A stretch of 64,000 nt of DNA, taken from IMG/VR virus record IMGVR_UViG_3300037484_000235, positions 160,001-224,000 of that record; one strand, 5' to 3'. Below, one piece after another: positions 57,379-64,000 of the stretch. The DNA is from a virus. Taxonomy: Duplodnaviria > Caudoviricetes. The stretch's first letter is position 1. The number at the start of each line of letters is the position of its first letter. Both the position numbers and the translations under genes were made by a program. The notes under the pieces were generated by a model. It searched no databases. It saw only the letters and a list, made by a program, of their open reading frames with translations, and had not been told where the DNA came from.

Positions 57379-57683
57379 CTACTCTCCGCAACAAAGTCAT
57401 CCGCCTCGCTCATGCCAAGCCTGAGCTTCGGGCTCAGTTGCTTCCTTTGCTCAAGGAAGCTGCCTATACCTATGAGAGCTACTCGAAGGGGCTCAATCTT
57501 CGTGGTGAGATCCGCAAGCTAGAGGCACTCGCTAGCACCCCCTTGGAAGCTTACCTCCCCAGCGAAGACTCACTCATGGACAAGCCCGGCGGGTACGACA
57601 AGGAGTTTCGTAAGCTGAAGACCCAGTTGGAAAAGATCATCGCTCTTCGAGAGCAGTATGCGAAGGACGCCGGAAACCTCTGA
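57375..57683 (+). CDS. Leader-bearing putative head cargo protein 5
   Basis: GTG start overlapping the upstream stop; MTTLRNKVIRLAHAKPELRAQLLPLLKEAA. Confidence 0.75.
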   Translation: MTTLRNKVIRLAHAKPELRAQLLPLLKEAAYTYESYSKGLNLRGEIRKLEALASTPLEAYLPSEDSLMDKPGGYDKEFRKLKTQLEKIIALREQYAKDAGNL

Positions 57684-57689
57684 TCAATC

Positions 57690-58976
57690 CTATGGCGTCA
57701 GACCCAATGTGTTGAGTCTATCTTGGAGGAAGTTCAGATCTTCCCATGGATCGTTGTAGTGGACTACCAGGTACAAATACACCCCTACGGTGAGACGCTC
57801 TTTGAGCTTGTCTCTTTCCTGTAGGGCCCTGAACTGGTTCAGGTTCTTGATGTGGGTGGACGGAAATACCGTATGTTGCCAACCTTGGAACTCAGCTAGG
57901 AGGTTGTGATCTGGGAAGTACCCATCATATCTTAGGCGCCCACCTGTCTTTGGATTGAGGAACCCAGGTGGGTTCCACTCCTGTTCGTAGGCGAGTCCAC
58001 CGAGTGCCCGAGATACGGCGTCCAAGAATAGTTCCTGGGAGATGGCCCGATGCGCTATAGGCAGACCTAGTTGGATACAGATCTTTTGAAGTGTTGTGTG
58101 GCAGTGCCCGAGACCAGTTACGGCCTTGCAGATTGCTACCTTCCCATTCTTCAATCTGTAGGGATCGAAATCTTCTGGTCGAAGAGTGAATTTCTTGTAG
58201 TCCGATCGGGTGAGGGAATATTTCCGTGTGCATCGGAGCCCCAGCTCTTGGATGTTTCTCTTCATGGGCATGATCCCAACCCCTAGCCCCTTTACGGCAG
58301 AGTGGTGATCTACCGTCCCATCAGACTCGATGTAGGGGGTCAAATCCTTGAGCGTAAGCCTGATGATTTGAGATTCAGCATACACCTGGAATTTCTTCTT
58401 CCAGATCTCGGTTTTAGGCTTACCCTTGGATTGTGCTGAGAGTTTGCTTCGGAAGGATTTTGCTGTGATTGAAGCCCCTGGATACTTGTCCCGATACTTC
58501 TTGGAGAGTTCTGGGTGTGATCTCTGGATGTGGGATGCTAGCGACTCGGACTTGTGTCCGCACTCCAGGCACGTTACATAATCATGGAGTTCTGATTTCC
58601 CATCCCACTTTTCTTTCAGAGCTTTCTGAATCTCCTCACCTTTACACTTGAGGCATTTTGTAAATGGGGATGTGCGATACGGTACCTCATTTGATTCCCC
58701 ACAGTTGGGACAATTAGCCAACCTCTTTCCTACCTTTCGGTGACTCTTCCCTCGTCTCGATGCGCCCCTTTTTTCCTTGGATACTGAACCGAAGACAAGC
58801 GCTCCAGCCCCATACAACTCTCGATACCTGACAGCTGGGGTGTTGTGTTCCTTAACAAGGTGTCGCGTAAGGGAGACGGCTTTTTTCCCACAGATCCTGC
58901 ACCTCACGTAATCAACACCCTCAACCAATCCATTGAATTGGTCTGAACGGTCGATCTCGGACTCTTTTTTGCCCAT
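57690..58976 (-). CDS. Free-standing homing-endonuclease-like protein: two ROS/MUCR-like zinc fingers + PD-(D/E)xK nuclease
   Basis: DYVRCRICG..LTRHL..H and DYVTCLECG..LASHI..H; C-terminal LRYDGYFPDHNLLAEFQGWQH. Confidence 0.7.
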   Translation of the reverse strand: MGKKESEIDRSDQFNGLVEGVDYVRCRICGKKAVSLTRHLVKEHNTPAVRYRELYGAGALVFGSVSKEKRGASRRGKSHRKVGKRLANCPNCGESNEVPYRTSPFTKCLKCKGEEIQKALKEKWDGKSELHDYVTCLECGHKSESLASHIQRSHPELSKKYRDKYPGASITAKSFRSKLSAQSKGKPKTEIWKKKFQVYAESQIIRLTLKDLTPYIESDGTVDHHSAVKGLGVGIMPMKRNIQELGLRCTRKYSLTRSDYKKFTLRPEDFDPYRLKNGKVAICKAVTGLGHCHTTLQKICIQLGLPIAHRAISQELFLDAVSRALGGLAYEQEWNPPGFLNPKTGGRLRYDGYFPDHNLLAEFQGWQHTVFPSTHIKNLNQFRALQERDKLKERLTVGVYLYLVVHYNDPWEDLNFLQDRLNTLGLTP

Positions 58977-59146
58977 ATCGAAGGCACACTATAACACCAC
59001 AAGTGGTGTTTACCTCAATCATTCTCGTTCACCTACTTATCATGCAACCAAGATAGGTGAGGGATCCTGAAACGAGTGGTCCAGCTATCCGTTTCCGTTC
59101 CTATAGCCCAACATAAATAGGAACGACATCGTCCCACGGAGAGTAC

Positions 59147-59959
59147 ATGGCTAATCAAGATTTGCATCCCGCTAACGGTACCGCTGGTTCCAGCTACTTG
59201 TATGATTTTGGAACCTCTCCGAACACGCGGGTAGCTGTCTCCCAGAAGGTGCGTCTCCTTGCCCCAGCCTATGGCTCGGGAACAAAGGCACTCTTTCAGA
59301 TGGGTGTTGTCTCTTCGTTCAGTCCCAGCCAGAGCCGCAACATCGATACGGTGCGTGGCATTGGCTTTGGAGACATGATCGCAGAGCTGGTGCCCTCCGT
59401 GACGGAACCCGTCACAGGCAGCATCGAGCGAGCGCTCCTGTATCTTGCAAATCTCTGGCAGGCGACTGGCTACGCAGGCGGCGTAGATGGTCCCGTGCGT
59501 TCGTTGGCCCATCATCGTTGGCCCTTCGACATTGAGCACCAGCTTGTGTTCTCATCCCTTGCGGACTCGGACCTTGGTTTTGCGAACGTCGGGCACTCCG
59601 GTGCGGAGAGGAATTTCGGCGGCGGCGTCCAGAAGGTTTCCTACCCTCAGGTCAGCATCCCCAACCCGGCGCCTCCCACCTATGGTGGTTCGCAGGGCCA
59701 CTCGGCCGTCATCACGATGTATGAGGCGGCTTGGTTCACGAGCTGGTCGGCGACCTACACGCAGGATGCGGGTCAGATCATGGAGTCCGGAGACGTAACT
59801 GTCTCGGATGTACATGATTTCTCTAGCCTTTACGGCGAATTCCTTCCGAGCGGGAACGATCCTTCCGTCGACCAACTAGGGTCGATTCGTTTCGGCGGGG
59901 CTGCCGAAATTGGTACGGCTACTGGCGCAGGCGCAGTGGGTGGTACTGGAATTCGCTGA
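59147..59959 (+). CDS. Tail tube protein
   Basis: Follows the sheath module. Carries the SQSRNIDTVRGIGFGDMIAELVP...PFDIE pattern of large myophage tubes. Confidence 0.8.
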   Translation: MANQDLHPANGTAGSSYLYDFGTSPNTRVAVSQKVRLLAPAYGSGTKALFQMGVVSSFSPSQSRNIDTVRGIGFGDMIAELVPSVTEPVTGSIERALLYLANLWQATGYAGGVDGPVRSLAHHRWPFDIEHQLVFSSLADSDLGFANVGHSGAERNFGGGVQKVSYPQVSIPNPAPPTYGGSQGHSAVITMYEAAWFTSWSATYTQDAGQIMESGDVTVSDVHDFSSLYGEFLPSGNDPSVDQLGSIRFGGAAEIGTATGAGAVGGTGIR

Positions 59960-60720
59960 TGCCTAGGACGATTGAAGAGCCTGTCCCCGTTTCCGGTGGT
60001 GGGCTCTACATTCTTTGGCTCTCTGATCTCCATTACTATGGGGGTCGGGCTAAGAGGTTCAAGACGCGTTGGAGAAATCACCTGCGGGATCTTCAAGCTG
60101 GGAGACACGAGAACCCTCGGGTACAGGCCGTGTACAACAAGTACGGTCAGTTCGAACCAAGAGTGGTTCTTGATCTTGGGGAAGATGCGTCATTTGAAGG
60201 TCTGAGAGACGCCGAGCAGAAGTGGCTAGATGAGCATTTCCGGAAACCCGGGTGTGTGAATCTGAGCCCATTTGCTGATGGTGGTTGCGCTTTTCGTTCT
60301 GAAGAAACGCGACAGAAGATGTCAGCAACCAGAGCGTCCCGTCCAGATCTTGTGGGAAAAGCAAGGGAATCTCTTGCGAAGAATCGGGTCTATCTGGATC
60401 CTCAAAAGAAGTTGGATCATGCACAGATAATGTCCGAAGCAAACAAGGGGCGGAAGCAATCTCCGGAACACGTTTCAAAACGTGCCACTGCCAACAGGGG
60501 ACGGAAGAACACCCCTGAGACACTCGCCCAGATGTCGGAGTCTGCAAAGCGGAGGTCTATCGCCCACCCTACCTCTCATGATTCTGAAACCCGAGCGTTG
60601 ATCTCCAGCCAGCAAAGTGGTCGGGTGTGGATTAATGATGGGTCGAGAAACTCTCGTGTGTTCCCCGACAAGATCCCAGTGGGATGGGTAACTGGTCGTT
60701 TTGCGCGGGCCTGTGATTGA
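59959..60720 (+). CDS. GIY-YIG homing endonuclease with NUMOD3-like repeats
   Basis: GLYIL...YYGGRA..FKTRWRNH..L...H.N..Q...KYG, followed by SEETRQKMS, SPEHVSKR and TPETLAQMS; TGATG overlap with the tube stop. Confidence 0.85.
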   Translation: MPRTIEEPVPVSGGGLYILWLSDLHYYGGRAKRFKTRWRNHLRDLQAGRHENPRVQAVYNKYGQFEPRVVLDLGEDASFEGLRDAEQKWLDEHFRKPGCVNLSPFADGGCAFRSEETRQKMSATRASRPDLVGKARESLAKNRVYLDPQKKLDHAQIMSEANKGRKQSPEHVSKRATANRGRKNTPETLAQMSESAKRRSIAHPTSHDSETRALISSQQSGRVWINDGSRNSRVFPDKIPVGWVTGRFARACD

Positions 60721-60807
60721 GATCCCCTTTGAGCAACCTTTCGGCGGTATGGTACGAGGAGCTTACGCAAGTGGGCTCCTCGTTTCGTTTTTAGGAGCAC
60801 TGACGCG

Positions 60808-62007
60808 ATGGCTCTCACTCTTCAAGATCTCAAGACCGCAATGGCACCCCTCGCTGAGATCGGCAAGGGAGAGTTGACCTTCGAGGTCAGCGGGACTCTT
60901 ATCACTCTTCGGGCCCTGACACCGGATGAAGAGATTCAAGTGCAGCGGCATGCCCGGTCGATTTTGGCGGACGGTGACCTCACCGATCAGGCCAACGCCC
61001 TTGAATACCTAGATCGATTCCGCATCGCCTCACTGGGTTACAGCATTGTTCATATTGGGGCTTTGGACTTTCGCGACGTGGAATTTGTCGAGACTGGTGA
61101 GAAACTCCCAAATGGTGTGGCCATCAAGGTCAAGCGGCACGAAGCGATTCAGCAGCTCGTTGGCACATGGTCGCGCAACATGGCGGTTGCCGTCTTCAAG
61201 AAGTTTGGCGAGCTGATGAACGATGTGGAGAAGGAAGTCGACGGACTCATTGTGTTTGATCCTATCGATTATGACGGAGAGATTTCCAGGCTTGAGGAGC
61301 GCGTCAGAGAGCTTCATGAGGAAAAGGCTCGTGCTAAGGCATCTGAGGACGATCTTCGAACCAACCTACGAAATCAGGTTGCCTCTTCTGGCAAATCTTT
61401 CCGCAAGCCAAACGGGGAATCCACAGCCCAGACGGAAGACTCTTTACAGGACCAGACGAGTACACGTCAGGAGGCGGATTCGGTCACCGTTCCTTCGGAC
61501 GTTGACCGTGAGGTCATCTCTGAGGATGGCACCCCACCCGAATCCCCTGATGTACAGCCTACAGCCCCAGCCGGCCCTAGGGCTCCCGTATTCGCCCGTA
61601 GTGGTGCACGAGTTCCCCCTCCAGCTCCCACGGCTGAAATCGCCTCCAGGGCGCAGCCGCAAGACCCGGAGGTAGGAAACGACCCACTATCAGGTGTCAT
61701 GTCATCCATGGTGGATATGAACGATCCCGACATGGCGGAAAAGGCCGTTGAGGCTGAGACGCGGCGACTCATCGAGATGCGTTCTGCGGGGAGGCAGCCG
61801 CCACATCAGAAAGCCAAGCAAGTGGCACAGGAGATGGCTAAGCAGGAAGTTGAGCACCCTGTTGCTGCGGGGACCAAGAATGGTGTCGAGGTCTACAAGA
61901 TGCCCACCCAGACGCTTACAGATCGCAGGCCCCCGGAAGGGCCTCCAGCGGCCCCTGTGAAAAGCAACGTCAATCCTCGTTTCAAGCCAACCCGTAGCGG
62001 TGGCTGA
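60808..62007 (+). CDS. Tail assembly chaperone-like protein
   Basis: Lies between tube and tape measure; N-terminal TLITLRALTPDEE domain plus a low-complexity tail. Confidence 0.6.
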   Translation: MALTLQDLKTAMAPLAEIGKGELTFEVSGTLITLRALTPDEEIQVQRHARSILADGDLTDQANALEYLDRFRIASLGYSIVHIGALDFRDVEFVETGEKLPNGVAIKVKRHEAIQQLVGTWSRNMAVAVFKKFGELMNDVEKEVDGLIVFDPIDYDGEISRLEERVRELHEEKARAKASEDDLRTNLRNQVASSGKSFRKPNGESTAQTEDSLQDQTSTRQEADSVTVPSDVDREVISEDGTPPESPDVQPTAPAGPRAPVFARSGARVPPPAPTAEIASRAQPQDPEVGNDPLSGVMSSMVDMNDPDMAEKAVEAETRRLIEMRSAGRQPPHQKAKQVAQEMAKQEVEHPVAAGTKNGVEVYKMPTQTLTDRRPPEGPPAAPVKSNVNPRFKPTRSGG

Positions 62008-62015
62008 ACTCTAGT

Positions 62016-63206
62016 GTGTTTCCCTCCACCTCCAAAGAGCAGAGGGCTCCAATGTACGAGGATATTGGGGCCCTGGTTGTACCAGGGTTCCTTTCCTCGC
62101 GCGTACAGGTTGGAGACGTAACGCTAGGGCTTCGTTCTCTGTCAGTGAGTGATACTAGCCTCCTTCGTAAGGTGGCCTTAGAAGGCGGACCCGACTGGCC
62201 GTTTCACCTTGCGGCAGCAAGTATCTGGATGGTTGATGGGGTTCCGCTGTTGGAGAGTCACCCCTACTCCCAGAAGATTGCCCTCACGGCTCTGATGCGG
62301 GCCCACAAGTCAATGGTTCGGATGATATTCTCACAGGCGGTGAGTTTCTTCCGCCGTATGCGTGAGGCCAACCTCGTATTTGAGTCGTTCCTGTACGAAG
62401 AGGAGTCCAGACGGTTGTGGAACTCCACAAATCATGGGGTGCACCCTCTTTGGATGCAGGCAGGAATTCCTGGCTTGGATCGTATTGGGATGAATCAGTT
62501 CCAATCCTCTTGGGTGCAATGGAATAGGACAGAGGATGACCGGCTCGACGATGACTATTCGTGGAGCTTGACCAAGGTTTTGGTCTCCGTTCAATCTTCA
62601 AAGTCAGCCAAGAAGCTTGACGCGAAGGACAAGGCTCGTGTGGATGCAGAGAAGTCTCGCCGGGCTGAGGCTCAGAACAAGGCTTGGCACGTCTTCATGG
62701 GTCTCTATGATGAGGCCGGTAATAAGCAACACCAAATCCAACAGGTGTTCCAGCCACGTACGCCTCAAGAACTTTCGGAGGAGATGCGCCGTTGGGTCTC
62801 TGGTGAGAAGGACATTCACGACTCTGTCGTGGACGACTACAAGAACCGGGTTAAGATTGAGTTTGAGGCTCGTGAGCAAGACGCAGAAACTTCGCTTCAA
62901 CAGGCGAGAGGTCGTGCGCTGCGGGAAGAGCGAAGTCTTGGGGTGCCTAAGCCAAAGATGATTGGGTACACGGCGGATCAACTTGCCAAGCTCCGGCCTG
63001 CTTCTGGGAAGGCGGGGGCCAAGTTCGTCATTGAGGCCGATATGATCTCCCGGAACTTCAACAAGTACCTGCGTGATAATCCAGATTCTGGGGCTCTTGA
63101 CGTGTCTGGAGGGAGGGTGGTCGTCAAGAAAGGCCCTATCTTAACCGATGAAGAGGACCGGCCCACTCTCAACGAACTGATTGCGAACCGGAAGCCCACT
63201 CTGTAG
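62016..63206 (+). CDS. Second tail assembly chaperone-like protein
   Basis: Related N-terminal pattern (VTLGLRSLSVSD); immediately precedes the tape measure gene. Confidence 0.55.
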   Translation: MFPSTSKEQRAPMYEDIGALVVPGFLSSRVQVGDVTLGLRSLSVSDTSLLRKVALEGGPDWPFHLAAASIWMVDGVPLLESHPYSQKIALTALMRAHKSMVRMIFSQAVSFFRRMREANLVFESFLYEEESRRLWNSTNHGVHPLWMQAGIPGLDRIGMNQFQSSWVQWNRTEDDRLDDDYSWSLTKVLVSVQSSKSAKKLDAKDKARVDAEKSRRAEAQNKAWHVFMGLYDEAGNKQHQIQQVFQPRTPQELSEEMRRWVSGEKDIHDSVVDDYKNRVKIEFEAREQDAETSLQQARGRALREERSLGVPKPKMIGYTADQLAKLRPASGKAGAKFVIEADMISRNFNKYLRDNPDSGALDVSGGRVVVKKGPILTDEEDRPTLNELIANRKPTL

Positions 63207-63208
63207 CC

Positions 63209-64000
63209 ATGGCGAAGACTAACTCGGATCACGTAGTCAAGCTATCCGCTGATTTCACTGACTTCGTCCGCCAAGCAGAGAAGGCGAGTAAGAAGTCCAG
63301 CGAGATCATGGGCAAGGCCCTTGAGGTCGGCGTCAAGTCCCATGTGATCAATGGGTTTGAGAAATCCCTGAAGGTCTATGAGAGGCTACGGGAACGCACT
63401 GAAAAGAAGATGGATGCGCTTGTCTATGCACAGGACGCAAAGCGTGCCCATAAGGTGGCAGAGAGATTCACCGAGGTTGCCGAGAAGCTTGCAAAGCTTG
63501 ATAGGGAACTCAAGGACAAGTCTCTGGATGCAGAGGTCAAACTCCGGAAGGAAGCTGAAAAAGATCTCTACAAGCAAAAGCAGAAGTATCTGCTCAAGTT
63601 GAGTTCTGGACTTGAACTAGGTTTTGAGGATGCTGAAAGATCGCTCACTGAAACCATGGGGAAGATTACAAAGGAGCAGCGCAAGGCCACTCAGGCGATG
63701 ACCCGTACCTCGGACCAAATGGCTCGGGGAGCAGAGCGCAGTGCTGAGTTCATGAAGATGTTCCGCCGGGACGCTACAAAGGGTGCAGACGATTTCAACG
63801 AGAAGCTGGGTGGGGCCCTAGAGACATTCAAGTCCGGATTGTCGGACATTGATGTGGGGTCGATGCTTTCAGGTGGCAGCAAGGGCGTCGGAAAGGGCCT
63901 GGGTGGACTTTCTGAGATGTTTAGTGGATTGGGTGCTTCGGCGGGTACTGGTCTGGGTGGTCTGGGTGGTCTCGCAACAACCTTGGGCGCAGTGCTGGCT
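63209..64000 (+). CDS. Tape measure protein, N-terminal part (runs off the window)
   Basis: ATG 63209 opens a stop-free frame to the window end. A long charged helix is followed by G/L-rich segments. Synteny after tube and chaperones supports the call. Confidence 0.75.
   Translation, partial: MAKTNSDHVVKLSADFTDFVRQAEKASKKSSEIMGKALEVGVKSHVINGFEKSLKVYERLRERTEKKMDALVYAQDAKRAHKVAERFTEVAEKLAKLDRELKDKSLDAEVKLRKEAEKDLYKQKQKYLLKLSSGLELGFEDAERSLTETMGKITKEQRKATQAMTRTSDQMARGAERSAEFMKMFRRDATKGADDFNEKLGGALETFKSGLSDIDVGSMLSGGSKGVGKGLGGLSEMFSGLGASAGTGLGGLGGLATTLGAVLA

Noticed and set aside
59112-59120. T4-like late promoter (CATAAATAG) before the tube gene
   Set aside because: It is a single imperfect instance not repeated before other late genes, which is insufficient support.
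61980-62020. Programmed -1 frameshift joining the two tail chaperones (gpG/gpGT type)
   Set aside because: The -1 frame has a TAG at 61995-61997, and no XXXYYYZ slippery heptamer lies between it and the upstream stop.
1-64000. Stop-codon reassignment (alternative genetic code)
   Set aside because: Standard code 11 gives dense, long, abutting ORFs ending in TAA, TAG and TGA, with no fragmented conserved genes.
1-64000. tRNA genes
   Set aside because: No cloverleaf other than the tRNA-like domain of the tmRNA was recognised by eye; tRNAscan-SE would be needed to exclude atypical ones.

Overview
This window is part of the virion-morphogenesis region of a large, moderately GC-rich tailed phage with a contractile (myovirus-type) tail. 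It begins inside an acidic scaffold-like gene and continues through a putative head decoration gene and the HK97-type major capsid gene. Further along come a 3,764-aa giant structural ORF, neck and tail-completion genes, a very large tail sheath, the tail tube, two tail-assembly chaperones and the start of the tape measure gene. Interspersed accessory genes include a complete tmRNA (tag ANDNSYALTAIAA), an actin-fold ATPase, a DHH phosphoesterase, a metzincin protease, an SGNH esterase and four endonuclease genes; one of these is an HTH-LAGLIDADG-DNA methyltransferase-zinc finger fusion. The most striking unexplained pattern involves five otherwise unrelated, dispersed ORFs. They share an N-terminal leader of about 30 aa (LRxKLIRLAHxxPELRxxLLPLLKEAA). 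These and neighbouring multidomain ORFs also carry recurrent [KR]-x-A-[AGS] junctions and RVAxR[YL] helices. I infer a capsid-targeting and protease-processing system for head-packaged cargo proteins. All product calls come from motif recognition by eye; no database searches were run.
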